A DNA stretch of 35,843 nucleotides from Sulfurimonadaceae bacterium (GCA_041562555.1 JBFEXS010000008.1:1-35843); one strand, 5' to 3'. Counted from the first letter of the stretch, positions 25,188 to 35,159 are shown. Notes: generated by a model not told the origin, from the sequence alone. Numbers and translations are program-made.

Positions 25188-26108
25188 ATGAAGTACATTG
25201 TTATAGTTCTGGTAGTCTATATATTCCCTGTATATGCACAGATGAGCGAGTTTGATATCTTTCCAGGGAACTATCAACAAAGATCAGATGCCATGTTGAA
25301 GATATTGGATGTCAAACAGCTGCAAATTGATGAGGTCGACGGGATAGAGTTCACTGAGATCTCTGCCCTGGCTTATGATAAGCATGAAGGCCTTTTTGCC
25401 TTGAGTGACAGGGGGCGGCTTTTTCGGTTTGAGCTTGAAATCAGGGATAGAAAAATACAAAAACTTAGACCTTTAGGGGGATATTATTTAAAAAACAAAG
25501 AAGGGAAAAAGCTTAAAAAGAAGAAACGGGATTCCGAGGGTATGGTCTTTACCCAGGGAGGGCTTTTGATCTCTTTTGAATTAAAGCCAAAAGCCTCATT
25601 GTTTGACCTTGAAGGGCTAAAGCTGTCAAACTATCAATTACCCCCTCAGCTGAAGGATATCAACAACTATCGAAGTAAGAACAAGGCCCTTGAAGCAGTT
25701 GCCTACCATAGGGAGTTTGGCCTGATAACGGCTCCTGAATCACCCTTGAAACACAGGGATGAATCCTACCATACGCTATATAGTCTATCCAAAGAGTGGA
25801 GCTTTCCGGCCAAAGGCCAGATAACTGCCTTGGAGGTTTTGGAGGATAATCATATATTGGTACTTGAGCGTAAGTTCTCTCTCCTCAGTGGGCATAGGAT
25901 CAGTTTACGAAAGGTAGATATCGGGAACTGCAGGACAAAGGTCTGTCCGGTAGAACCCTTACTTCTGCTGGATAGCCAACAGGGATGGAATATTGATAAT
26001 TTCGAGGGACTGACACATGTCAGAGAAAATCTTTTTTTGATGATCAGTGATGACAATACAAATCCGTTCCAACGCTGTCTTCTGGTATTGTTTGAACTTA
26101 CACTTTGA
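25188..26108 (+). CDS. Esterase-like activity of phytase family protein (secreted beta-propeller)
   Basis: EISAL, ALSDRG, DSEGM, ISFE, NKALEA, LVLER, DNFEGL, ISDDN motifs; signal peptide. Confidence 0.88.
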   Translation: MKYIVIVLVVYIFPVYAQMSEFDIFPGNYQQRSDAMLKILDVKQLQIDEVDGIEFTEISALAYDKHEGLFALSDRGRLFRFELEIRDRKIQKLRPLGGYYLKNKEGKKLKKKKRDSEGMVFTQGGLLISFELKPKASLFDLEGLKLSNYQLPPQLKDINNYRSKNKALEAVAYHREFGLITAPESPLKHRDESYHTLYSLSKEWSFPAKGQITALEVLEDNHILVLERKFSLLSGHRISLRKVDIGNCRTKVCPVEPLLLLDSQQGWNIDNFEGLTHVRENLFLMISDDNTNPFQRCLLVLFELTL

Positions 26109-26184
26109 GAAAATGACACAAAAGTAGTATTGCCTTAAGCAGTGTAGATGAATATTGTAAAAATTTGTGGGGAGTTGATAAAAA

Positions 26185-26259
26185 TGGTGACCCCACGGAG
26201 ACTCGAACTCCGGTAACATGGATGAAAACCATGGATCCTAACCGCTAGACGATGGGGCC
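26185..26259 (-). tRNA. tRNA-Glu(TTC)
   Basis: GGCCCCATCGTCTAGCGGTTAGGATCCATGG-TTTTCAT-CCATGTTACCGGAGTTCGAGTCTCCGTGGGGTCACCA; cloverleaf with encoded CCA. Confidence 0.97.
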
Positions 26260-26301
26260 ACATTTATAAAAGATATCTTTTCTCAAAGGTTTAAGAAAAA
26301 A

Positions 26302-26377
26302 TGGTGTCCTGTGATGGACTCGAACCATCGGCATCCTCATTAAAAGTGAGATGCTCTACCAACTGAGCTAACAAGAC
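26302..26377 (-). tRNA. tRNA-Lys(TTT)
   Basis: GTCTTGTTAGCTCAGTTGGTAGAGCATCTCA-CTTTTAA-TGAGGATGCCGATGGTTCGAGTCCATCACAGGACACCA. Confidence 0.97.
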
Positions 26378-26409
26378 GTAAACAATCACCTAAGTGTTTG
26401 TGGACGGGA

Positions 26410-26438
26410 ATTATAGGAGAATTTGTTTCTATTGTCAA
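26410..26438 (-). promoter_or_regulatory. Consensus sigma70 promoter of the tRNA-Lys/Glu operon
   Basis: TTGACA (26438-26433), 17 nt, TATAAT (26415-26410), then GC-rich discriminator TCCCGTCC. Confidence 0.9.
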
Positions 26439-26496
26439 GAGTTTTTGGGATAAAAATCGAGAAAAAGTTGTAATTACCTTTTTCACACAATTATTT

Positions 26497-26505
26497 TGCT
26501 AGAAT
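26497..26505 (+). promoter_or_regulatory. Extended -10 (TG-C-TAGAAT), probable leaderless promoter of batA-1
   Basis: TAGAAT ends 7 nt before ATG 26513; no SD. Confidence 0.55.
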
Positions 26506-26512
26506 CAAAGTA

Positions 26513-27409
26513 ATGATTTTATTTGAGACGAACTATATATTTTTATTACTGTTCCCGATACTCTACTGTTTGTATAAGTGTCGGGAGGAAATTGTCAAGC
26601 GTACTTTTGTCCATTTGCATCTTTTTGTCCTGAAACGTCCGAGAATATGGATACAAGACCTGATGAAAATAGTTATTGCATCTCTTATGGTTCTGGCTTT
26701 GGCTTCGCCGGTATTCATCGACAAGACAAATCCACTTAACCGTAACGGAATCGATATCGTCTTATCGATAGATGCCAGCGGTTCTATGCGTGCTTCGGGA
26801 CTGAGCGAGAAGATGGAGACTCGTTTTGAGACAGTACAGCGTGTGGTACGTGAGTTTATTGCAAAACGTCTCAATGATAATATAGGGATAGTCCTTTTTG
26901 GTGATTTTGCGTTTATCGCTTCACCTGTGACGTATGAGAAAGAGGTGGTCTCACAGATGCTTTCTTATTTGCAGACAGGTATGGCAGGGGATAATACGGC
27001 TATCGGGGAAGGAATTGAACAGGCCATACGAGCACTCTCTTTTTCCACGGCAAAGAGTAAAGTCATCATTCTACTCTCAGATGGTGAGCATAACAGCGGA
27101 CGGATTTCTCCCAAAGAGGCGGTGAAATTGGCACAGGCAAGGGATATTAAGATCTATACCATCGCAGTGGGAGATGATTTTGATCCGGCCATCTTGCATG
27201 AGATCGCTGAGCAGACAAATGCGAAATCCTACGCGGCGGTAAATGAAGAAGAATTGATGGATGTATATGAACAGATCAATACGCTGGAAAGTTCACAGAT
27301 CAAGTCTCAGCAGTTTTTGAAAAAAGAGTACTATTATCAATATATCCTATCGCTGGTTTTTGTATTACTGATTGTGTATATCCTTCGTCGTTTCAGGGGG
27401 ATGGCATGA
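26513..27409 (+). CDS. BatA-like VWA domain membrane protein (copy 1)
   Basis: N-terminal TMs, GIDIVLSIDASGSM (MIDAS), NTAIGEGI, LLSDGEHNSG, IYTIAVG, C-terminal TM. Confidence 0.9.
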   Translation: MILFETNYIFLLLFPILYCLYKCREEIVKRTFVHLHLFVLKRPRIWIQDLMKIVIASLMVLALASPVFIDKTNPLNRNGIDIVLSIDASGSMRASGLSEKMETRFETVQRVVREFIAKRLNDNIGIVLFGDFAFIASPVTYEKEVVSQMLSYLQTGMAGDNTAIGEGIEQAIRALSFSTAKSKVIILLSDGEHNSGRISPKEAVKLAQARDIKIYTIAVGDDFDPAILHEIAEQTNAKSYAAVNEEELMDVYEQINTLESSQIKSQQFLKKEYYYQYILSLVFVLLIVYILRRFRGMA

Positions 27410-28977
27410 GTTTTTTAAGCCCGGAATTCTTATGGCTGTTTGTTGTCGTGTTGGGAACCATCTGGTATCGAAAAAGCAAGAAAGAATATACCATCGCGAA
27501 GAGTACCAGACAGAAACTTGTGTTGCTGTATATCAGTCTTATGATGCTGATCCTGTCTCTTGCCAGACCGGTGCTTGAACAGGCTCCGATCAAACAGAAA
27601 TATGAAGGAGCCGAGGTGGTGATTGCTCTTGACCTTTCATATTCCATGCATGCACAGGACTTAGAACCTGACAGACTTGAAGCTTCGAAAGTCTTCATAA
27701 AGGAGCTGATCAGAAGCAGGGTTCATGAACGTTTTGCATTATTGGGGTTTACCAGCAATGCGATAATTCTTTCGCCTTTGACCTCTGATGATGAACTGCT
27801 TTTCCATCAGCTTGACCTCATTGAGAGCGAGCTCGTGATCACGAAGGGAACCAACATGAGTTCGGTCCTGGAGCTAAGTACGCGTTTGTCTCAGGTGAAA
27901 AAGAAAAATCTGATCATCATAGGAGATGGGGGAGATGCAAAGGATTTTGATAAGGATATCTCCTATGCAAATGAACATGGTCTGTCTATATCGATGGTGA
28001 TGATGGCAAGCAGAGAAGGCGCACGACTTCGTACCAAACATGGCGCATGGCTTAAAGACAGTTCAGATCATCTGGTTATCAGCTCATCCAACAGCAATGT
28101 TTCTCAGCTTACGGATGCTACCGGAGGGGTGTATATAGACGGTATGTCAGATGATGCGTTGTCCGAACTGTCTAAGTGGCTCGATTCACGGGAGAAAAAG
28201 CTCTCTTCCGCTGATGTGATCATGTACAAAGAACTTTTCTATTACCCGCTCTTTTTAGCCTTGCTCTTTTTTATGTTAGGTACGACGAAGTTACATCTGT
28301 ATGTCTTTCGATGGGTATTGGTACTTCTAGCTCTTGCAGGGATCAACCTTCAGGCTGATATGCGGGAGTTCTCTACCCAGAGTACGGATAAGGTAGAGGT
28401 AGAACAGAAATATATCGATCAGTTGAACAAACTGAAAAAAAGAGCGTTTTACTCTCCTGAGGACCATTATAATCTGGGAAATGCGTATTACCAGGCAGGA
28501 CAGTATGAAGAAGCGATTGATACCTACAAAGTGATCCGTACGACTAAACCCGGTCTTAAAGCAAAACTCTTGCACAATTTGGGAAATGCTTATGTCCGGC
28601 TTGAGATGTATGATGAAGCGCGCATGGCCTATAAGCAAAGTTTGATTATTGCTTATGATAAAGAGACAGATGAGAACCTTTTGCATGTTTCTCAGGCAAA
28701 GAAACACGAGGGGATGCAGACGGGACAGCAAAAGGGAAAAAAGAAGAATGAGAGTAAGATGATGGATCCGGGTTCAAAAAAAGATGCTCAGAAAAAGAAA
28801 GGCGCTGGGTCATCGAACATGAAGGTATCGGCACAGGCAGGAGCCGGTGCCAAAAACAAAGGCAAGAAGGTGAAAAATGAAGGACAGATACAATTTAATG
28901 CGAAGCAATCAGGCTTGTCTTACCGCCAGTATGAACTTATCAATGAAAGGAAGATAAATGAAGAAACTCCTTGGTAG
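27406..28977 (+). CDS. BatB/BatC-like VWA + TPR protein (copy 1) with Lys-rich tail
   Basis: ALDLSYSM MIDAS, PDRL, SPLT, GTN, DGGD; TPR YNLGNAYYQAGQYEEA, HNLGNAY; ends ETPW. Confidence 0.88.
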   Translation: MSFLSPEFLWLFVVVLGTIWYRKSKKEYTIAKSTRQKLVLLYISLMMLILSLARPVLEQAPIKQKYEGAEVVIALDLSYSMHAQDLEPDRLEASKVFIKELIRSRVHERFALLGFTSNAIILSPLTSDDELLFHQLDLIESELVITKGTNMSSVLELSTRLSQVKKKNLIIIGDGGDAKDFDKDISYANEHGLSISMVMMASREGARLRTKHGAWLKDSSDHLVISSSNSNVSQLTDATGGVYIDGMSDDALSELSKWLDSREKKLSSADVIMYKELFYYPLFLALLFFMLGTTKLHLYVFRWVLVLLALAGINLQADMREFSTQSTDKVEVEQKYIDQLNKLKKRAFYSPEDHYNLGNAYYQAGQYEEAIDTYKVIRTTKPGLKAKLLHNLGNAYVRLEMYDEARMAYKQSLIIAYDKETDENLLHVSQAKKHEGMQTGQQKGKKKNESKMMDPGSKKDAQKKKGAGSSNMKVSAQAGAGAKNKGKKVKNEGQIQFNAKQSGLSYRQYELINERKINEETPW

Positions 28978-30070
28978 CCTTCTATTACTGAGTATGAGCC
29001 TCTTTGCGAAGAGCAGTTACGAATGGCAAGTCTCTCTGAGTGAAAGGGAATTGTATCTTCATCAGTCAACGGTACTGAAGATGGTCTGTACCTTTTCGAA
29101 GGAGGGGAAAAACGATGACATCGAGTTTGTTCCGCCATCCGACGGCGCTTTTGAGTATATCCTTTTGAGTGAAAACCGTTCTTTTGAAGGGGCGATCCAG
29201 ACATTGACCTATCAATATCTTTTGTTTGCCAAAGAGACGGGTACACATCAGATCATCTTGAAGCCACAGATGCTTTTTACAACACAAAGTGCCATTGATA
29301 ATGTGATTATCGGAAGGGATAACGTGAATGACCTGGAGGTGGAAAAAGAGATCGCGAAGATCACTCCTATCGAGGTTGTAGTAAAAGAAAATGCATATGG
29401 ATTAGCCGGACGACTACAGATCACATCCGATCTTGATCTTCGTGAGGTGTCTGCCTATGAACCGGTACACCTGGCCATACGTATCGAGGGAGATGGGAAC
29501 CTTCATGACCTTGACAATATCCAGATCAAGATCGATGGGGTTGAAGTCTTCTCAGATGAGGCGCAAAAACAGTATGCGTTGAGTGAAACAGGTTATATCG
29601 GCAGTTGGTCTCAACGTTTTGCCTTTGTCTCCCAAGAGGATTTTGTGATCCCTTCTATAGAGATAGGGTATCTTGATCTTACACGTCAGCAAGAAAAGGT
29701 TCTTAAAACAGAGGCATTCCCTATCAAGATAAAAGCAGATGGCATCAAGCGAGAAGAGCTTATAGACAAGGTGGATCTACCCTCTGAAGGTTTTACGATA
29801 GAGAAGTATATTGACTATCTCTATTACTTTCTGAGCTTTATCAGCGGTTTTATTGTCGCTAAACTGGTAAAACTTCCTCAACGGACAGCACAAAAACAAA
29901 AGGGAGAGAAAATCAAAGAAGCCAAGACGCAGAAGGAACTTCTGGAGACCTTGATTGTCTGTGACAAACATATGTTCGCATCGGAGATACAGTTACTTGA
30001 AAGCGCTGTGTACGGAGGTAATAGTGTGGATATCAAAATAGTGAAAAAACAGGCTTTTTCTAAGTTGTAG
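28958..30070 (+). CDS. BatD-like protein (copy 1)
   Basis: Signal peptide, beta-rich domains, IEGDGNL, IPSIEIGYLD, C-terminal TM; position after batB. Confidence 0.78.
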   Translation: MKKLLGSLLLLSMSLFAKSSYEWQVSLSERELYLHQSTVLKMVCTFSKEGKNDDIEFVPPSDGAFEYILLSENRSFEGAIQTLTYQYLLFAKETGTHQIILKPQMLFTTQSAIDNVIIGRDNVNDLEVEKEIAKITPIEVVVKENAYGLAGRLQITSDLDLREVSAYEPVHLAIRIEGDGNLHDLDNIQIKIDGVEVFSDEAQKQYALSETGYIGSWSQRFAFVSQEDFVIPSIEIGYLDLTRQQEKVLKTEAFPIKIKADGIKREELIDKVDLPSEGFTIEKYIDYLYYFLSFISGFIVAKLVKLPQRTAQKQKGEKIKEAKTQKELLETLIVCDKHMFASEIQLLESAVYGGNSVDIKIVKKQAFSKL

Positions 30071-30189
30071 AAGGGTTCACACTTTTTTTACACATCATGA
30101 CAATAGTGTTTTGAAAAATTCTTTCAGGCAAGCGAAATATGATCTTGTCTCGCTATAATAAATATAATAATTCATTAGGACTGATAGGT

Positions 30190-31137
30190 ATGAACGAAAA
30201 GATTACTAAGATTAAGCAAGAGGTGGCCAAGGTCGTCATTGGTCAGGAAAAGATGATTGACGGTCTGTTGATCGGACTTTTATGTGAGGGGCATATCCTT
30301 ATTGAAGGGATCCCCGGTCTGGCGAAGACGACAACGGTTAATGCACTTTCAAAAGCACTTGGCCTGAGCTTTAAAAGGGTGCAGTTTACTCCCGATCTAC
30401 TTCCTTCGGATATCTTGGGTGCAGAGATCTACGATCCGCAAAAAAATGAGTTTAAGATCAAACAGGGTCCTGTCTTTACGAATCTTTTGCTTGCAGATGA
30501 AATCAACCGTGCCCCGGCAAAAGTACAGTCTGCCCTTTTGGAAGTGATGCAAGAGAAGCAGGTGACCATCGGTGAGGAGTCTTTTAAAATCTCTCCTCCT
30601 TTCTTTGTTATGGCGACGCAAAACCCGGTGGAACAAGAAGGGGTATACCAGTTGCCGGAAGCTCAACTGGACCGTTTTATGATGAAACTCGTAGTGGGGT
30701 ATAACACGAAAGAAGAAGAGCTGCAGATTGCGAAGCGTATTGCCAATAAGAGTAATGAAGAGGTCCAGGCAGTTATTACATTGGAAGAGCTGGAAGGTCT
30801 TAAGCAGGAAGTTGCAGCGGTGCATATGGATGAAGAGGTTGAGAAGTATATGATCGAACTGGTCTCAGCGACACGTGATCCAATGGAATACGGTCTGGAT
30901 GAGATCAAAGACTATTTGCAGTTCGGTGCAAGCCCCCGTGTGAGCATCGATATGTTCAAGGCCGTGAAAGCGATGGCCTTTTTGCGCGGAAAGGATTATG
31001 TCTCTCCCGTTGATATTGCCTATATCATCAAAGAGATCATGCGCCATCGTATCATCCTGACCTATGAAGCAGAAGCAGAAGGCATTACGGCAGATGAAGT
31101 CATCGATAAGATCGTACAAACCGTAGCGATCCCTTAG
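30190..31137 (+). CDS. moxR: MoxR family AAA+ ATPase
   Basis: HILIEGIPGLAKT, RVQFTPDLLPSD, LADEINRAPAKVQSALLE, ATQNPVEQEG.Y.LPEAQLDRF, GASPR; start ATG 30190; TATAAT at 30154-30159. Confidence 0.95.
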   Translation: MNEKITKIKQEVAKVVIGQEKMIDGLLIGLLCEGHILIEGIPGLAKTTTVNALSKALGLSFKRVQFTPDLLPSDILGAEIYDPQKNEFKIKQGPVFTNLLLADEINRAPAKVQSALLEVMQEKQVTIGEESFKISPPFFVMATQNPVEQEGVYQLPEAQLDRFMMKLVVGYNTKEEELQIAKRIANKSNEEVQAVITLEELEGLKQEVAAVHMDEEVEKYMIELVSATRDPMEYGLDEIKDYLQFGASPRVSIDMFKAVKAMAFLRGKDYVSPVDIAYIIKEIMRHRIILTYEAEAEGITADEVIDKIVQTVAIP

Positions 31138-31152
31138 AGAGCTTGGACATAG

Positions 31153-32025
31153 ATGGCGACACAAGCAGGCAAGAACCCCAAAAAGGATCAGGCTTTAAAG
31201 CTGAAAAAGATCCTTGTACGGGCGCGGCGTCAGGTTTTTTCTGAACTTATCGGTAACAACCCTTCTATCTTTCATGGTGAAGGATATGATTTTATTGAGT
31301 TGCGTGAGTATATGCCCGGGGATGACATCCGTCATATTGATTGGAATATCACGGCAAAAAAGCAGCAGCCTTATATCAAGGTCTTCAAAGAAGAGCGTGA
31401 ACTCAATGTTGTATTGGCCTCTATGCTCAATGGCTCGGTACATTTTGGTTCCAAGAAGTTCAAACAGGAACTTATCGCCGAAATCAAGGCTATGCTCTCG
31501 TTCTCCGCAATTCGTAATGGCGATCTCCTAAGTTCTTATATCTTTGCGGACAGGCTCTATAAAGAAAACAGACCAAGCAAAAAGGTCCATGCCGTTCAGT
31601 CACTTGTCTCGGATGTATTAGATTTTGATGCTTTACACAAAAAAGCAGATTATGGGTTTTTGAGTCAATATCTGATGCAGCGTTTGAAACGCCGTTCTTT
31701 GGTGATCGTCCTGGCAGATTATTTTGATCTTCCTGATTTCAAAGTATTGGCACGAAAGCATGAAGTCATCGCCATCATTGTCCGTGACCGTCTTGAAGAG
31801 CAGCCGCCTGCATTTGGGTTCTCAACCCTTCAAGACCCTGAATCCGGCGCTGAACTGGAAGGTGATTTTAACAAGACGACGATGAATGCGTACAAGGCAA
31901 AGGTGGCGGAGCATGATCATAAACTTTATGAGCGCTTGCGTAAAGACCAGGTACGGTTTGTGAAGATTTATACAGATGAACCTGTTGTTGTAAAACTGCG
32001 TCGGCTTTTTGAAGGAAATATCTGA
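31153..32025 (+). CDS. DUF58 domain protein
   Basis: GEGYDFIELREYMPGDDIRHIDWNITA, KVFKEERE; follows moxR. Confidence 0.93.
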   Translation: MATQAGKNPKKDQALKLKKILVRARRQVFSELIGNNPSIFHGEGYDFIELREYMPGDDIRHIDWNITAKKQQPYIKVFKEERELNVVLASMLNGSVHFGSKKFKQELIAEIKAMLSFSAIRNGDLLSSYIFADRLYKENRPSKKVHAVQSLVSDVLDFDALHKKADYGFLSQYLMQRLKRRSLVIVLADYFDLPDFKVLARKHEVIAIIVRDRLEEQPPAFGFSTLQDPESGAELEGDFNKTTMNAYKAKVAEHDHKLYERLRKDQVRFVKIYTDEPVVVKLRRLFEGNI

Positions 32026-32417
32026 TGAAAGACATCCCTTTACATGATATCAAACCTTTGGTAGAGGTTCCTGACAACTCCTATATCTACCTTGTCGCAA
32101 TGGCTGTGGCGCTTACAGTACTCCTGATCATTGCCGGAATATGGTTATGGAAGTATCTGTCCAAACAGACAGAGGAAGACGTGCACAAACTATACATGAA
32201 AAAGATCCATGAGATCGATTTTTCCAACGCGAAGCAGGCTGCCTATGAGATCAGTGAATATGGACGATATCTGGCGCAAAGTGAGCGTGCTCTGGAGATG
32301 CTTGCCAATCTGGATGCCCGTTTGCAGAGTTATAAATATAAAAAAGAGGTGTCCTCTATAGACGATGAGACAAGAGGGTATTACCAGCTTTTCTTAGAGG
32401 TCTTGGATGCATCTTGA
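32025..32417 (+). CDS. Small membrane-anchored protein of the MoxR/Bat operon (DUF4381-like)
   Basis: LHDIKP followed by a single TM; located between DUF58 and batA. Confidence 0.75.
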   Translation: MKDIPLHDIKPLVEVPDNSYIYLVAMAVALTVLLIIAGIWLWKYLSKQTEEDVHKLYMKKIHEIDFSNAKQAAYEISEYGRYLAQSERALEMLANLDARLQSYKYKKEVSSIDDETRGYYQLFLEVLDAS

Positions 32418-33318
32418 GTTTCCTTATCTTTTAGCACTTCTTGCACTCTTTATCTTCTGTGCCTATAAATGTCAACCACGACAGGAGAGCCTCATATTTC
32501 CCCATATGAAACTGTTTGGTTCATCCTCCATGGCTTCTTCAAGTCTGTTGAGGTTTCTTAAATGGCTGGGTATTGTCAGTATCGTCATCGCGATGGCTTC
32601 CCCCTATACTGAAAGGGAAATAGAGCTGGATCCCAAAGAGGGATATGACATCGTACTATTACTGGATGCGAGCGGATCGATGCGTTTTCAGGGGTTTGAT
32701 CAAACCAATATGGACCGAAACCGTTTTGAGGTGGTTCAGGAGATCGTAGACGACTTTATCCAAAAACGTCAAAATGATAATCTCGGAATGATCGTTTTTG
32801 GTGCCTATGCCTTTGTCGCTTCTCCGATTACGTATGATAAACATATCCTTTCAAAATTGTTAAAACAGCTCTATATCGGTGTTGCAGGAAAGGAGACTGC
32901 GATCTTTGATGCGATCGCCCAGTCGGTGACATTGATACATGAGAATGAGGCAAAGTCAAAGATCGCGATCTTATTGACCGATGGGAAAAACACAGCCGGC
33001 CAGATGCCTTATGATGCGGCTATCTCTTTGGCGCAACGAGAGGGGATGAAGATCTATACCATCGGTATTGGAAGACCGGGTGAGTTTTCTTCGGGGGTTT
33101 TAGAACGCATTGCCAAAGATACGGGAGGAGAGTTTTTTGCAGCGTACTCCGCAGAGCAGCTTCAGCAGATCTATGCAGAGATCAACTCCCTGGAAAAGTC
33201 TGAGTTAAAAGGAGAAAAGTTATTGCATAAGCAGCATTACTATATTTATTTTCTCTTTGTCGCTTTTCTCTCTTTACTGCTTTATCTTGTAATACGTTCG
33301 AAGAAGGGATGGGCATGA
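32407..33318 (+). CDS. BatA-like VWA domain membrane protein (copy 2)
   Basis: GYDIVLLLDASGSM, ETAIFDAI, LLTDGKNTAG, IYTIGIG, IAKDTGGEFF. Confidence 0.92.
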   Translation: MHLEFPYLLALLALFIFCAYKCQPRQESLIFPHMKLFGSSSMASSSLLRFLKWLGIVSIVIAMASPYTEREIELDPKEGYDIVLLLDASGSMRFQGFDQTNMDRNRFEVVQEIVDDFIQKRQNDNLGMIVFGAYAFVASPITYDKHILSKLLKQLYIGVAGKETAIFDAIAQSVTLIHENEAKSKIAILLTDGKNTAGQMPYDAAISLAQREGMKIYTIGIGRPGEFSSGVLERIAKDTGGEFFAAYSAEQLQQIYAEINSLEKSELKGEKLLHKQHYYIYFLFVAFLSLLLYLVIRSKKGWA

Positions 33319-35159
33319 GTTTTCTGTATCCTATCTTTATTTATCTGATGTTGCCTGTGATACTTATCCTCTTTTATTTTCTTATGACCGGGAGTAAAGA
33401 GAGTTTTGCGATGTTTGACAAGGTAGTGCTTGACAAACTGCGTATGCAGAGTAAAAGTCTCAGCAGAAATGCCCGGTATATGCTTTTTTTGATGAGCTTT
33501 ATCTTCATGATCTTCGCTTTGGCTCAGCCAGTGCTTAAAGACGGGGAGATCGTCGTTGAGGCAAAGAGTGCAGATATCCTTGTGGGGATTGATATTTCAG
33601 ATTCTATGAGAGCCGAAGACCGTTATCCCAACCGTTTGGATTTTGCCAAGGCCAAAGCGATCAGTCTGATCAAGCAGGCTCCCCATAATCGCATAGGTGT
33701 ATTGGCTTTTGCGAAACATGATTATATTGTCTCACCTTTGAGTTTCGATCACAGTTCCGTCGCATTTCTACTCTCCAAGGTCAAAACGGAAAATATTACG
33801 GAAAAAGGAACGCGTTTGGACTCGATGTTGCACTCCGCGGTCTCCATGCTGGAGCATGCCAAGCAGAAAAACCTTCTGCTTTTGACCGATGGGGGAGACA
33901 GTGATGACTTCTCAGATGAAATCGCCATGGCAAAGGAGAACAACCTTCGTCTTTTTATTATGGGGATCGGTACGGGCAAAGGAAGTCCTGTCCGTGATAC
34001 TGAGGGTGGTTTCATCAAACACAAGGGAAATATCCTGATCTCCAAACTCAACCCTGCGATACAGTCCCTAGCGACAAAGACAGGGGGTGTTTACATCGAA
34101 TCCGTATTAGGGGATGAAGATATCAAGATGATGCTTGAGGAGATTGAGTCCATAAGTGAAAAGTCGACCCTTAAAGAGGAAAAGATCCCGCAATATATTC
34201 AGCTCTTTTACTATCCCCTGGCTGTGGCAATCCTCTTTTTATTTTTGGCCCTTTCCTCATTTCCTCGAAACATGGGGAAGAACCTTGTCCTCTTTATAGC
34301 ACTGTGTACCGGTTTTAATGATGCAAAAGCAGGTCTGCTTGATTTTCAAAAGCTTCAGGAGGCCAAAGAAGCCTATAGTGCTGAAGATTATAACCGAAGT
34401 AAAGATCTGTATTCCGAGTTTGCGATGAACTCTCCTGAGGCCGTGTATAATCTTGGTAACAGTCTCTATAAAAGCGGAGAATATGAACAGGCATTGAAAG
34501 TCTATGGAGAACTCTCGGAAGATCAACCGGAGCTAAAAGCCCAAGCATTGCATAATAGTGGGAATGCCCAAGTAAAACTGCAGCAGTACCAAGAAGCACT
34601 GACATCTTATGAACACGCCCTTGAGATCATGGAAGATAAAGAGACAAGAGAGAATTATGAGGCAGTTAAAGAGTTTTTAGACGAACAGGACCAAGAGAAG
34701 AATCAGTCAGAAGATCAAAAGAGTAATCAAGAAAACAAAGAGAAGCAAGACAGTGACCAGAATTCCGAGCAACAGAACTCATCTCAAGAGAAGAGTGAAC
34801 ACAAGAATAAAGATAATGACAAAAATAGGGATCAGCAAAAAAGTGATCAGCAGCAAAAAAGTTCCCAAAGTAATGGTGAAGACCCGACAGAACACAAAAA
34901 CGATGACAAGCAAAACAGCGTAAACGAGGCACAAGAAGAAAAAGAGCAGGAAAACAAGCCGGAAGCAAAATCTTCTGATCCGCAAAGAGAAGTGTCTACA
35001 CAGACGGAAGCAAAACAAGAAGGCGCAGTCAATATGAAACAGATGAGTGACCTGGAAGCAAAAAAATGGCTAAAGATCATGCAACAAACCCAGCAGGGAC
35101 ATCTATACAAGATGCGTGAAGCTGAGCACGATGAGGACGAAAATGAAAAACCTTGGTAA
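33315..35159 (+). CDS. BatB/BatC-like VWA + TPR protein (copy 2) with acidic Q/E/N/D-rich tail
   Basis: IDISDSM, YPNRL, LLTDGGD, TGGVY; TPR YNLGNSLYKSGEYEQA, HNSGNA; low-complexity tail; ends EKPW. Confidence 0.9.
   Translation: MSFLYPIFIYLMLPVILILFYFLMTGSKESFAMFDKVVLDKLRMQSKSLSRNARYMLFLMSFIFMIFALAQPVLKDGEIVVEAKSADILVGIDISDSMRAEDRYPNRLDFAKAKAISLIKQAPHNRIGVLAFAKHDYIVSPLSFDHSSVAFLLSKVKTENITEKGTRLDSMLHSAVSMLEHAKQKNLLLLTDGGDSDDFSDEIAMAKENNLRLFIMGIGTGKGSPVRDTEGGFIKHKGNILISKLNPAIQSLATKTGGVYIESVLGDEDIKMMLEEIESISEKSTLKEEKIPQYIQLFYYPLAVAILFLFLALSSFPRNMGKNLVLFIALCTGFNDAKAGLLDFQKLQEAKEAYSAEDYNRSKDLYSEFAMNSPEAVYNLGNSLYKSGEYEQALKVYGELSEDQPELKAQALHNSGNAQVKLQQYQEALTSYEHALEIMEDKETRENYEAVKEFLDEQDQEKNQSEDQKSNQENKEKQDSDQNSEQQNSSQEKSEHKNKDNDKNRDQQKSDQQQKSSQSNGEDPTEHKNDDKQNSVNEAQEEKEQENKPEAKSSDPQREVSTQTEAKQEGAVNMKQMSDLEAKKWLKIMQQTQQGHLYKMREAEHDEDENEKPW

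Noticed and set aside
26109..26512. tRNA-anchored genomic island or att site
   Set aside because: No integrase, no duplicated tRNA 3' end and no evident compositional shift in the window
30139..30189. Upstream moxR start at 30139
   Set aside because: It spans the TATAAT promoter; ATG 30190 has upstream AGGA/AGG and matches the usual MoxR length
34680..35060. A/G-rich repetitive-looking DNA as a possible repeat array
   Set aside because: It is the coding sequence of the Q/E/K/N/D low-complexity BatB tail, with no fixed-period DNA repeat or CRISPR-like spacing
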